IMG/VR virus record: IMGVR_UViG_3300008255_000256
Location: 1-36,896 of that record
Reading direction: 5' to 3' (one strand)
Source of the DNA: a virus
Taxonomy: Duplodnaviria > Caudoviricetes
Length of the DNA: 36,896 bases
The translations under genes and the position numbers were made by a program. Under the pieces are notes generated by a model. It was not told the DNA's origin. It made no database searches and was given only the letters and a program-made list of their open reading frames with translations. Of the stretch, positions 19,422-27,747 are shown in pieces; position 1 is the stretch's first letter; every line of letters begins with the position of its first letter.

Positions 19422-20600
19422 ATGAAAAAATTAGGATTAAGTTTAGGATTGACGGCTGTAGTGTCGTTGTTGTTTGCTCCAATTGGTATTGCACTTGGAA
19501 TGTTTGTTTTGATGCTTACGGCTGGATTAATTTTCTCAGGAACTGCAGGTGTGGCAATGTCAACTTTACCGTTAACTCAGTTTGATGCTTTGCATGCTTC
19601 TGTATTGAAACGTAGTGATGCTAGAGAAAATGTTACTTACTTTTTAAGTTCGTTTTTCAAGTCTGAGACTGTTGACAACATTAATGTAGCGTTTAATACG
19701 AAGTCGAATAATAAGAAAGTTGCGATTGACATCAACTATCAGACGAATGGAGTATTACATAAACGTAGAGTTGAATCATCTGAAATGGTACAGATTCCAC
19801 AATACATGAAGTTTACGAATTTAACGTTATCTGACTTATATACAGGTGTTGCGTTAGCTCCGTTAGAACGAAATATATTTGAATTTGGACGTGTTATTTC
19901 GAATGACTTACATGATATTGCAGACGAAATCGACAGAGCGAGAGAATTACAAGCTGCTCAAGTTTTTGCGAATGGAATTGTATTATTGCAGAATAATGAC
20001 AATATCAATTACGGACGTTCTGGTTCATCTATTGTAACATCTGGAGCATATTGGACAGCGACAACAGGTGATCCAATAGCAGATTTAACGACGGGTGTTT
20101 CTTGGATTAGAAGTAATACCAACAATACGTCTGGCGTATGGAATGTTGTCCTTGGTGAATCAGCTGTTGCTGGATTCTTAGCGAATGATAAAGTTCTAGC
20201 AGCGTTAAACAATAGACGTGTTGAAATTGGTAAGATTGCACCAATGCAAGCGGAGGCCTCAGGAGGTAATTACATCGGTGAGTTTATCACTAATTCAGGT
20301 CAAACAATTCGAGTTTGGGGATATGATGGAAAATATACGAATGCTGCTGGTACGGATGTTGCGTTAGTTGATAAAAACAACGCAATTATAATTCCATCAC
20401 AAAACAACCTTACAATGGTTAAAGGAACGATTAAAACGATTCCTGGAACTATGAATGTTGGTTCGTTTAGAGGTAAAACTCAGTGGGAGGTTATGGATTA
20501 CAAAGCTCAAGCGCATGAGTATCACTTAGCTGAGAACTTCATTGCAATTCCACAGGAGTTGAATGAGATTTATACACTTAAAGCGACTAACGTAGCTTAA
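19422..20600 (+). CDS. major capsid protein (lambda gpE-like) with hydrophobic N-terminal leader
   Basis: FLSSFF, IDRARELQAAQV..NG, W....GDPIADL, YDGKY; follows the decoration gene. Confidence 0.82.
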   Translation: MKKLGLSLGLTAVVSLLFAPIGIALGMFVLMLTAGLIFSGTAGVAMSTLPLTQFDALHASVLKRSDARENVTYFLSSFFKSETVDNINVAFNTKSNNKKVAIDINYQTNGVLHKRRVESSEMVQIPQYMKFTNLTLSDLYTGVALAPLERNIFEFGRVISNDLHDIADEIDRARELQAAQVFANGIVLLQNNDNINYGRSGSSIVTSGAYWTATTGDPIADLTTGVSWIRSNTNNTSGVWNVVLGESAVAGFLANDKVLAALNNRRVEIGKIAPMQAEASGGNYIGEFITNSGQTIRVWGYDGKYTNAAGTDVALVDKNNAIIIPSQNNLTMVKGTIKTIPGTMNVGSFRGKTQWEVMDYKAQAHEYHLAENFIAIPQELNEIYTLKATNVA

Positions 20601-20613
20601 AAAACAATTTATT

Positions 20614-20934
20614 ATGCCGAATTATAAAGTAGAAGTTCATACGTTAACCGGGAGTGGTATAGCGAATGAGAAAGATTTAAAAGTTGGGGATATCATCGAT
20701 GGAAAAAGCATCGATGAATCTTCAGCTGCTAAGTTTGTAAAAATGGGTTGGATCAGCGAGGTTAAAGACGATATCGAAGATGATTATGAGAAGTCATGGA
20801 AATCAAATCACAAGACTATTGATGCGAAAGCTGAGGAGTTAGGAGTTGAATTTCCAGAAGATTGTACGGTTAAAGCCGATAAAATCAAATTCATTGAAGA
20901 TTCGTTAAACGAAGAAGAAGAAGAAGTTCTGTAA
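20614..20934 (+). CDS. hypothetical head-associated protein
   Basis: Acidic 106-aa ORF after the capsid gene. Confidence 0.55.
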   Translation: MPNYKVEVHTLTGSGIANEKDLKVGDIIDGKSIDESSAAKFVKMGWISEVKDDIEDDYEKSWKSNHKTIDAKAEELGVEFPEDCTVKADKIKFIEDSLNEEEEEVL

Positions 20935-20952
20935 TCTGAACTCAATAAATTT

Positions 20953-20987
20953 AAAAACCTCTCAATTAAATTTGGGAGGTTTTTTTT
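20953..20987 (+). terminator. intrinsic terminator
   Basis: AAAAACCTCTCAA...TTGGGAGGTTTTT followed by a T-run. Confidence 0.75.
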
Positions 20988-21001
20988 ATTAAATTTACAT
21001 C

Positions 21002-21406
21002 ATGAGTAGATTACTTGAGAAATCAATCGAAATGGCAGACAATGTTTTGTCTAAGTATGATCATTGGAAAACTGAATGTACGTTAAATTTTATGGATGTT
21101 GATTACGTTTTATTTGGTAGTTATATTCGTCACAATACCAAATTTAACGAGGTTGGAATGAGAGTTTCAGCCATTAATGCAACAATGACATTTCACGCTA
21201 GAGAGCTTAAACGAAATAACGTTCCATTTGTCAACGATGGTGGTGTTATTCAATTAACGAATGGCGCTGGTGCAATGATTACGGTTACTGATGAAATCGC
21301 CACTCGTGTTTATAGCGTTGCTCACGTTACGCCTGATGAAACTTTAGGTATAATCGTATGTGAACTTCAGTTAAAAAACAATAACAAAATAACAGTGATG
21401 CCATGA
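21002..21406 (+). CDS. putative head closure protein
   Basis: 134 aa, beta-rich, C-terminal PDETLGII.C.L; assigned mainly by synteny. Confidence 0.5.
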   Translation: MSRLLEKSIEMADNVLSKYDHWKTECTLNFMDVDYVLFGSYIRHNTKFNEVGMRVSAINATMTFHARELKRNNVPFVNDGGVIQLTNGAGAMITVTDEIATRVYSVAHVTPDETLGIIVCELQLKNNNKITVMP

Positions 21407-21942
21407 CGTTAAACGGAACACGAAATTTTGAATTATTAACGACTTATGTTGTTAATATTTTATCAGCGAATTTAGATCCTGGATTCGCAGTAAATATTTA
21501 CCGTGAATATTATCCCACAATGGATGAAAACAATGTGCCTGCATTGAATGTTTTATTAAAATCAGTTGATGAGATACGTAGAGATTCCAATACTACGGTT
21601 AATGAATGTGTTGTTTCTGTTATTGGATATTCAAAATGTAATGCTCAAGGTAATGCAAACTCATTAAAATCGAAAACAGATTTACTAAAAATGATCGGAC
21701 AGGTTAATAATATTTTCTCAAAGCGATCATCGTACTCCATGGTTCCAGATAATTTAATTCAGAATATTCAGGTAACGAATGGTTTATTTTCTACTCCAGA
21801 AGATTATAACGCGAATCAGATGATGTTAGGACAGCAAGAATTAATAATCACGCTTGCTGAATCTAATGATGATGTTTTTGCTGATTTTTTAACGTCGACT
21901 GATACGGTTATTAATGGAAACATTCAGATTGTATTGGAATAA
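21403..21942 (+). CDS. putative tail terminator protein
   Basis: VNIYRE....PALNV pattern; assigned mainly by synteny. Confidence 0.5.
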   Translation: MTLNGTRNFELLTTYVVNILSANLDPGFAVNIYREYYPTMDENNVPALNVLLKSVDEIRRDSNTTVNECVVSVIGYSKCNAQGNANSLKSKTDLLKMIGQVNNIFSKRSSYSMVPDNLIQNIQVTNGLFSTPEDYNANQMMLGQQELIITLAESNDDVFADFLTSTDTVINGNIQIVLE

Positions 21943-21969
21943 TTATTAATTTTGAAATTAAAATATAGA

Positions 21970-22233
21970 ATGACAACAATAGAAACAATCAAAGCAATAA
22001 AAGACTATGGATTACTTGCAGTAGCAGTTATAGTTTTTGTATGGATGAATGGACAGCTTTCTGAACAGAAGCAAGATATTAAAGAAATTCAGGGTATATT
22101 ATATGATTGTTTTGAAGATAGGATAAAGGAGAATATAAGACCTATATCATTTAATGAGACAACACCGGTATCGATATTTAGAGTTAAGTCGGTTTGTGTA
22201 TTGCCTGAAGAAATTAAAATAAAAAATTCATGA
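21970..22233 (+). CDS. small membrane protein in the lysis cluster
   Basis: One TM segment plus short coiled coil; ATG 21970 preferred over TTG 21952. Confidence 0.55.
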   Translation: MTTIETIKAIKDYGLLAVAVIVFVWMNGQLSEQKQDIKEIQGILYDCFEDRIKENIRPISFNETTPVSIFRVKSVCVLPEEIKIKNS

Positions 22234-22478
22234 ACGTTCAGAAGTTAATTGACGATACTTTAAAAGGTCCAGATAATAAATGGAGTAGAAAGTCGTTAAC
22301 GGCTTTTATTTCAATGGCTATCGCTGTTATCACTGGAGCGTATATTGTTGTTTCAGATTACTTTTTAGACCGTGAAATAAATCAGTATGCGATTATGGTT
22401 TTTTATGGCTTCCTTGGTTTGGGTGGTGGAACTCTAGGATTAACGGTAATTGATAAAATAAAAAATAAATCAGAATGA
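22230..22478 (+). CDS. putative holin
   Basis: 82 aa, two TM segments, overlaps the endolysin start. Confidence 0.65.
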   Translation: MNVQKLIDDTLKGPDNKWSRKSLTAFISMAIAVITGAYIVVSDYFLDREINQYAIMVFYGFLGLGGGTLGLTVIDKIKNKSE

Positions 22479-22921
22479 AACTATCAGAACACGTAAGTTT
22501 GTCAGAATTTGAACATTCGGAAACGGCAACAAGAAAGGGGTATGATCAAAGCATGAACGCTGAACAATTAGAGAGCGCAAAAGAACTTTGTGAAAAGATA
22601 TTTGAACCATTAAGAAAATTTCGTGGTTCTGCAATTTTCATCAGTTCAGGTTTTCGTGGTTTACAATTAAATAAAGCCATTGGAGGTGCTTCAAGTTCTC
22701 AGCATTGTAAAGGACAAGCAATTGACATAAAAATAAACGCTGAAGAGTTTCATTTCATAAAGGATAATTTAAACTTTGATCAGTTAATATGGGAGTTCGG
22801 AAACGACGATCAACCACAATGGGTTCATGTTTCTTATGATCGTTTTAAAACTAAACAAAGAAACCAAGTATTGAAAGCGATTAAAATTGGAGGTAAAACT
22901 AAATACATTCCGTTCAAATGA
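22475..22921 (+). CDS. endolysin, peptidase M15 family
   Basis: SSGFR...N..IGGASSSQH.KGQAID and WVHVS zinc-peptidase motifs. Confidence 0.9.
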   Translation: MKLSEHVSLSEFEHSETATRKGYDQSMNAEQLESAKELCEKIFEPLRKFRGSAIFISSGFRGLQLNKAIGGASSSQHCKGQAIDIKINAEEFHFIKDNLNFDQLIWEFGNDDQPQWVHVSYDRFKTKQRNQVLKAIKIGGKTKYIPFK

Positions 22922-23148
22922 AACTACTATTTAAAAACTGGGGATTCTGGTCTATAATTGGAAACGTTATTTTCATTTCCACCATTATAATAATGGCGGT
23001 TATTTGGAACGGTCACGAATGTCCAAAGCAGGAACTCCCAGAGATAACAGAAAAACACATACAACAAATTAAACGAATAGGAAATGCAGAAACTAAACAA
23101 GATATTGATAGTTTGCTTATTGAGCTTTACAACTTTGGCTCAAAATGA
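22918..23148 (+). CDS. membrane protein (spanin-like position)
   Basis: N-terminal TM segment; follows the endolysin. Confidence 0.5.
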   Translation: MKLLFKNWGFWSIIGNVIFISTIIIMAVIWNGHECPKQELPEITEKHIQQIKRIGNAETKQDIDSLLIELYNFGSK

Positions 23149-23392
23149 CAGTACTTTTTGCTTTACAAAATCTCAAGTAAAGGTATTTCTAACTACTAAG
23201 GTAGAATTAAACAACTGTAACGAACAGTACAATTTGATTTCAACGCAAAAACAAGCGATTTCAGACAGTTTAACCGCTGAAATGTTAAATACTACCAAAC
23301 TAGATAAAAAAGTCAAAAGAAACCGACGTATTGCAATTGGTGGTATTAGTGGATTTATCGCTGTTATTGTGTTGATGTTCGCAATTAAATAG
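23084..23392 (+). CDS. secreted/membrane coiled-coil protein (spanin-like position)
   Basis: Signal-peptide-like start, coiled coil and C-terminal TM; overlaps the previous ORF by 65 nt. Confidence 0.5.
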   Translation: MQKLNKILIVCLLSFTTLAQNDSTFCFTKSQVKVFLTTKVELNNCNEQYNLISTQKQAISDSLTAEMLNTTKLDKKVKRNRRIAIGGISGFIAVIVLMFAIK

Positions 23393-23442
23393 TATTTTCA
23401 TCGAGCCAAAGCCTTAATAAACTGGATTTATTAGTGCAAATT

Positions 23443-23473
23443 AAAACCCGTTAATTTATTTTAGCGGGTTTTT
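23443..23473 (+). terminator. intrinsic terminator ending the late block
   Basis: AAAACCCGTTAA...TTAGCGGGTTTT. Confidence 0.75.
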
Positions 23474-23496
23474 CTGTATCATCTAATGGTCAAACG

Positions 23497-23528
23497 TTTG
23501 ATAATTTAACTTATAAATAGTATTTTAG
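23497..23528 (+). promoter_or_regulatory. candidate promoter
   Basis: TTTG, 20-nt spacer, TATTTTAG (one mismatch to TAnnTTTG). Confidence 0.45.
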
Positions 23529-23532
23529 CACT

Positions 23533-23605
23533 TTCATAATGTAATTTTCGGTTAGGTTAGTTTAATTTTAGTTAAAAACCACTACGTTAATTCGTAGCGG
23601 TTTTT
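23533..23605 (+). ncRNA. candidate small RNA 2 (ends approximate)
   Basis: ORF-less promoter-to-terminator unit containing TTTCATAAT and TTTTCGGTTA. Confidence 0.4.
23574..23605. terminator. bidirectional intrinsic terminator
   Basis: AAAAACCACTACG-TTAATT-CGTAGCGGTTTTT at the convergence of the two gene blocks. Confidence 0.7.
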
Positions 23606-23781
23606 GAGTTTTTAATCAGTATGGAATCGGCTTCATTTTGCGGATCCAAAACCAGTCCAGATTTAGCGGTTATGGATTCACAGTATTTTTTCCATCTGTA
23701 TTTTAAATTAGCTCCTGAATTATCGAACTGGTAAACGCTTATTTTTCCGTTGCTCCATAGAATATACACGTCTGATTTCAT
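23587..23781 (-). CDS. hypothetical protein
   Basis: ATG 23781 in an A-rich context; the longer predicted start overlaps the tRNA-like element. Confidence 0.45.
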   Translation of the reverse strand: MKSDVYILWSNGKISVYQFDNSGANLKYRWKKYCESITAKSGLVLDPQNEADSILIKNSKTATN

Positions 23782-23798
23782 TTTCGTTTTTTTTTTAG

Positions 23799-23921
23799 TG
23801 GATAACACGGGATTCGAACCCGTAAATGTAGATTATTTTATTTCTTGGTCGCTTATCTTTATTACACGCCACCTACTAACATCCCTGCCGAGAGCTTGTC
23901 TACCAATTCCAACAGTTATCC
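23799..23921 (-). ncRNA. tRNA-like RNA A (no canonical anticodon loop)
   Basis: Acceptor GGATAAC/GTTATCC+A, D-arm TTGGAATTGGTAGACAA, T-arm ACGGG-TTCGAAT-CCCGT; 123 nt. Confidence 0.8.
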
Positions 23922-23932
23922 GTAAATTAATA

Positions 23933-23997
23933 ATTATAACGTTGTGTAAACGCCACTATGCGGACGTTTACACGGGCGTTTACACGGGCGTTATAAT
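23933..23997. repeat. long hairpin with a tandemly duplicated arm
   Basis: CGTTTACACGGG twice (23965-23988); inverted GTGTAAACGCC at 23944-23954; outer ATTATAACG/CGTTATAAT. Confidence 0.75.
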
Positions 23998-24746
23998 CAA
24001 TCCAATACCTCATTATCGTCACCTAATATCTCAGCTGAAATATCTTCAGTTTCATTATCCGGATAATCGAATTCATTGTTTTCTGCATTAATTATAACTG
24101 CCTGGTCTGCATTTATGGCCGTCTGCATTTCTAGTGACAATGGTCCCCATTTCGATAATATTTGTTTAAGTACCGTTTTCAATGCCTGGGAATCAAAATC
24201 TGTAACCCAATTTCCAACGCCTTTTTTAAAGGTCTGAGAATACGTTAAACCGTGTGTTTTCACTTTGTCTTTACTCCAGTATAATGTTTTCTCAAATCCA
24301 CCATTTAAAATGAAATACGCAACGTATCCAACAACATCTCCAGTTTCAGGCTTTGAGAAATCAGCTTTTAATTCCTCAGTTAATGTGTTGAATGATTCAA
24401 ACTGACTTGAATAAACTTTGATAACGTTTATTTTTTTGTACTGTCCTGATCTAAGTGCTAATTGAACGAGTCCTTTCCATCCTATTTGGAATTGCGCCTT
24501 TCCTTTATATGGTACAATGTATGCATGACCTATCGAAGTTAATATAGGCAAATCGAGCATCGCAGCAACTAAAGCAGACTGATAAATTGATTCAGTGGAT
24601 GCGTTAATCAGTAGATTATTTTGCGATGTTACCTGTAAAATTGAGGTTGCAAATTGTTTAGAGCGATTTTCACCCAGTAGTCCAGAGAATTTTGCAATTA
24701 CAGATGGACTATTGAAGTATTGCGCATGAAGTTGTAAATTACTCAT
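23997..24746 (-). CDS. recT: RecT-family single-strand annealing protein
   Basis: GHAYIVPY, AQFQIGWKGLVQLALRSGQY, VVGYVAYF, W..DFD..ALKTV motifs. Confidence 0.92.
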   Translation of the reverse strand: MSNLQLHAQYFNSPSVIAKFSGLLGENRSKQFATSILQVTSQNNLLINASTESIYQSALVAAMLDLPILTSIGHAYIVPYKGKAQFQIGWKGLVQLALRSGQYKKINVIKVYSSQFESFNTLTEELKADFSKPETGDVVGYVAYFILNGGFEKTLYWSKDKVKTHGLTYSQTFKKGVGNWVTDFDSQALKTVLKQILSKWGPLSLEMQTAINADQAVIINAENNEFDYPDNETEDISAEILGDDNEVLD

Positions 24747-24916
24747 TTTGAAATATTTTTGAAGTTAGAAAATGTGCTAAAAATTAGCGTGAAAAGAAAC
24801 ACAAAAAATAGAATAAATGATATCAATGTTTCATCTGAAAAAATAACGAACATCAAAGATAGTATTAATCCGATGAGTGATATTGTTGGTAATATTATGT
24901 GAATGATTGTTTTCAT
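24743..24916 (-). CDS. small membrane protein (57 aa)
   Basis: Read manually (MKTIIHIILPTISLIGLIL...); two TM segments; ATGA overlaps on both sides. Confidence 0.55.
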   Translation of the reverse strand: MKTIIHIILPTISLIGLILSLMFVIFSDETLISFILFFVFLFTLIFSTFSNFKNISK

Positions 24917-25068
24917 TTGATTCGTTTTAATGCCGTTTGATATTGGGCTGTATAATAATTAATTCGCCTGTGGTATTTACCGAAAGGATCTCCGTAATTT
25001 ATTGTTGATCGTTTCCAGAGTTCGATTTGGAATTTTAAATCGTTTGCTCGCTTAATTAAGTTTTTCAT
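24913..25068 (-). CDS. hypothetical protein (51 aa)
   Basis: Read manually (MKNLIKRANDLKFQIELWK...); fills the gap with overlaps on both sides. Confidence 0.5.
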   Translation of the reverse strand: MKNLIKRANDLKFQIELWKRSTINYGDPFGKYHRRINYYTAQYQTALKRIK

Positions 25069-25378
25069 AAATTATTTTTTCGTCTCCTGTTAAATCTTCA
25101 ATTGTTAGTTTATCGTAATCCGGTATAATCATTTCTGATTCTGTTTTCCAATACTGTTTTGGTTCTCTAAGTTGATTTATCTGCCTATTCTCATGTGCCA
25201 TTTGAGCCATAAACCAACTAATTATACGTGATGTTTTAGTATTATGGAGGTGTAATTGCTTTGATATTAAATAAATCGGAATATGATGAACAAAAAATTT
25301 ATCTCTAATTCTGTAAATTTTATCAATACTAATTTTCTCCTTATCGGCATATTCCTTAATAATCATTTGCTCAGCCAC
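25052..25378 (-). CDS. hypothetical protein
   Basis: 108-aa ORF in the leftward operon; possible HTH-like segment. Confidence 0.55.
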   Translation of the reverse strand: MAEQMIIKEYADKEKISIDKIYRIRDKFFVHHIPIYLISKQLHLHNTKTSRIISWFMAQMAHENRQINQLREPKQYWKTESEMIIPDYDKLTIEDLTGDEKIIYEKLN

Positions 25379-25632
25379 AAGACTGTAGTTTTACCATTCA
25401 ACAATCCTAGCGCCTTAATGAATTTACGTTTTGTCATTTGGCAATTATACCAGTCGACAAATGTAATGCATTCAAAATTGGCAACGGTTAACGACTTGCA
25501 TTTGTTACCCAAATCGTATGCGTAAATTTTTAATTTCAGAGGATTAATATCTTCTGGAAAATTCAAAAGTTGTTGGTGCTGTATTTTGCGTTTTACAGTT
25601 CCAATCATTTCGGTTTTTGGTGGTGTTATCAT
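25363..25632 (-). CDS. hypothetical protein (alternative start 25608)
   Basis: 89-aa ORF; second in-frame ATG preceded by AACCGAA. Confidence 0.5.
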   Translation of the reverse strand: MITPPKTEMIGTVKRKIQHQQLLNFPEDINPLKLKIYAYDLGNKCKSLTVANFECITFVDWYNCQMTKRKFIKALGLLNGKTTVLWLSK

Positions 25633-25644
25633 GTTTTATAATTA

Positions 25645-25863
25645 TTATAATTGTTTAATTTTTAGAATTTGCATAACATCACCTACAGGAACACTCAATT
25701 GTAGAGCACATTTTAAAACCTCAATTGTTTTGTCATAGCTGTTTGTTTTTGAATAAACATATTTAACAGTTTCAAAAGGGTAAATTGAACACCTAGTTAT
25801 AGTTTTCAATAGTTCTAACTGTAGATTGTTAAGTTCTGTTTTTGGGTTTATTTCTTCTGCCAT
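25645..25863 (-). CDS. hypothetical protein
   Basis: 72-aa ORF in the leftward operon. Confidence 0.5.
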   Translation of the reverse strand: MAEEINPKTELNNLQLELLKTITRCSIYPFETVKYVYSKTNSYDKTIEVLKCALQLSVPVGDVMQILKIKQL

Positions 25864-25966
25864 AATGTCAATTATTATCGTCGTTTAAAATCCGTTTCTA
25901 TTAAAATTAACTTTGTAATCATCCCATCTATCAAGCAACCAATCACAGACGGCCACCCCTATAAAT

Positions 25967-26212
25967 CTAAATACTTTTTTCATCTCCTATATATTTATAC
26001 ATTTCACTTCGTCTTAATTCCTCAGCCTTACTGTCATTACTCACATTCGATATACTGAACGCTAATAATCCAAGCAGTATCAAACAGAATATTATCATAA
26101 TTAAAGCATACTCATATTTCGACGGTTGATCCAATGGTGTATATTCGTTTTCAATCTCTGGTTTTTTAACTCCAAAGCTGTTAAATGCGTCGTTTATTTT
26201 TTTATCTGTCAT
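25967..26212 (-). CDS. hypothetical membrane protein
   Basis: Single central TM segment. Confidence 0.55.
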   Translation of the reverse strand: MTDKKINDAFNSFGVKKPEIENEYTPLDQPSKYEYALIMIIFCLILLGLLAFSISNVSNDSKAEELRRSEMYKYIGDEKSI

Positions 26213-26218
26213 GGTTAA

Positions 26219-26614
26219 TTATTTACGTCTTATTGTTGGATATTGACCTACATTTCCAGAAAACATCTGTCTTTTTTTAGGATAACCATACTTACTCATT
26301 ACGTTCTGATAATCTGATAGCGACTTCATGCCTAATCCACGTTGATTTGCTAAATATGATACGTGAGGGCAGTCTGATAATTTAGGTGCGTTAGACTCAA
26401 TGTTTTCAATTAACCAATTCAATAATCTACCGCGGAAAACTTCATAAATATACGGGTTTAATGAGGCTGGATTAATTGAGTTGTAATCTTTGATTAATTT
26501 ATCATTTTTAGCTGATAAATTAATTTCGTACATGTACTTATCAGACGTTCTCATTTCTTGAATTTCTGTAATGAACTCATCTAATAATTTCGCTTTTTGT
26601 TCGGTTGTGGTCAT
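26219..26614 (-). CDS. hypothetical protein
   Basis: 131-aa ORF. Confidence 0.6.
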   Translation of the reverse strand: MTTTEQKAKLLDEFITEIQEMRTSDKYMYEINLSAKNDKLIKDYNSINPASLNPYIYEVFRGRLLNWLIENIESNAPKLSDCPHVSYLANQRGLGMKSLSDYQNVMSKYGYPKKRQMFSGNVGQYPTIRRK

Positions 26615-26646
26615 GATATGAATGATTTTAATACGTTAGTTAATGA

Positions 26647-26820
26647 TTAACCTAAAATACGTTCAACGGTAGGACGGCTGTTAACATCATTGTATTGGTC
26701 AGTCCAATGCTCAATATATAAATCAATTTGATTTGATTCTAAAGCCTGTTTAGCTGCTATTCTCCAGATTCCAAATCTATCACGTTCGGAAATTTCTTCT
26801 GTAAATTCTTTTTTTGTCAT
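26647..26820 (-). CDS. hypothetical protein (57 aa)
   Basis: Read manually (MTKKEFTEEISERDRFGIWRIAAK...); preceded by a -7 element and AACCGAAA. Confidence 0.6.
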   Translation of the reverse strand: MTKKEFTEEISERDRFGIWRIAAKQALESNQIDLYIEHWTDQYNDVNSRPTVERILG

Positions 26821-26843
26821 TATTTCGGTTATTATTTACCTTA

Positions 26844-26851
26844 CAAATATA
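26844..26851 (-). promoter_or_regulatory. Bacteroidota -7 promoter element
   Basis: TATATTTG on the minus strand in an intergenic gap. Confidence 0.6.
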
Positions 26852-26950
26852 TAGATTATTTTATATATTAAATGTTAAAATATGTTAATTTTTAAAACGG
26901 AGCGTAACAGTCAATTAAATACATGCTAACGCACGTTTTTAATTTTGGTG

Positions 26951-27655
26951 TTACAACTCCATAACCTTACTCGTGTAACTATTCCAAACGCCTGTACGCA
27001 TACATTCAACGTAAACTGATAAATCCTCGTTTATTTCCAATTCTGCATACTGGTGCATTTCTTCATTGATAACATACAATCCATACGCATACGGTGGTTT
27101 TTTTTCAATCGCTAGGAATATGAAGTGATTTATTTTTATTCCATTTTGCTGTAAAATACGCTTATAGAACACGTCTTGAACGTGATAACGATATTTATAC
27201 GCTGAATGTTTAAAACCTCTAGGAGACGCGTCCTCTACGAATTTAGGGTCAATGATAATGCCTCTCGACTCGTCAATTAAATCAACTCTACATTTTATCG
27301 CAGCGCCCGTTTCTAAATCTCTTGATTTGTATGTTTTTTCAGTAATTCCATTCTTAAAAATACTCGCAAATTCAGGAATCGAATGTATTATTTTAGACTG
27401 ATTTTCCATGTGTTTAAAATCTTCCATATTTATATTTCCTTCAGATGTTTTTCTGTCCGAAACGGAATAATTTAAAAAGAAATCATCCTTTTCGAGTAAA
27501 TACATGTGTGACGCTTGACCTATAATTAACGGTTTTGTAGATGTGAAATCTTTGGCATCGAGTCTGAAATGCTTATAAAATATAGGCGCTTTGTGAACGA
27601 GGTCTAATCCAGATTTTGAAATGCTGGAAATATCCTTATGATAGTCTAACTCCAT
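26951..27655 (-). CDS. RecE/exonuclease VIII-like PD-(D/E)XK nuclease (DUF3799-like)
   Basis: YH....ISKSGL, G.A.H...LE, KCRVD, IIDPK, YRYHVQ..FY, F.F.AIEK.PPY. Confidence 0.85.
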   Translation of the reverse strand: MELDYHKDISSISKSGLDLVHKAPIFYKHFRLDAKDFTSTKPLIIGQASHMYLLEKDDFFLNYSVSDRKTSEGNINMEDFKHMENQSKIIHSIPEFASIFKNGITEKTYKSRDLETGAAIKCRVDLIDESRGIIIDPKFVEDASPRGFKHSAYKYRYHVQDVFYKRILQQNGIKINHFIFLAIEKKPPYAYGLYVINEEMHQYAELEINEDLSVYVECMRTGVWNSYTSKVMEL

Positions 27656-27747
27656 AACTTATAAATTACAAATACGAGTAAAATAAACGCTCCTAAAATA
27701 TAACGTGATGCATGTTTGTCTTGGTCTCTTTTGAATTTTCTTTTCAT
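27646..27747 (-). CDS. very small membrane peptide (33 aa)
   Basis: Read manually; ATGA overlap with the helicase stop; one TM segment. Confidence 0.35.
   Translation of the reverse strand: MKRKFKRDQDKHASRYILGAFILLVFVIYKLWS

Noticed and set aside
981-20212. Numerous short antisense or alternate-frame ORFs inside structural genes
   Set aside because: 60-132 aa, no motifs or expression signals; consistent with shadow ORFs, unlike 31301-32026
23799-23921. Calling RNA A (and RNA B) ordinary or intron-containing tRNAs, or tmRNA
   Set aside because: No 7-nt anticodon loop could be formed; the insert is too short for a self-splicing intron; no G3-U70 alanine acceptor or tag ORF seen
23750-24091. 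113-aa plus-strand ORF
   Set aside because: Antisense to recT and the tRNA-like RNA, starts at TTG and has no recognisable motifs
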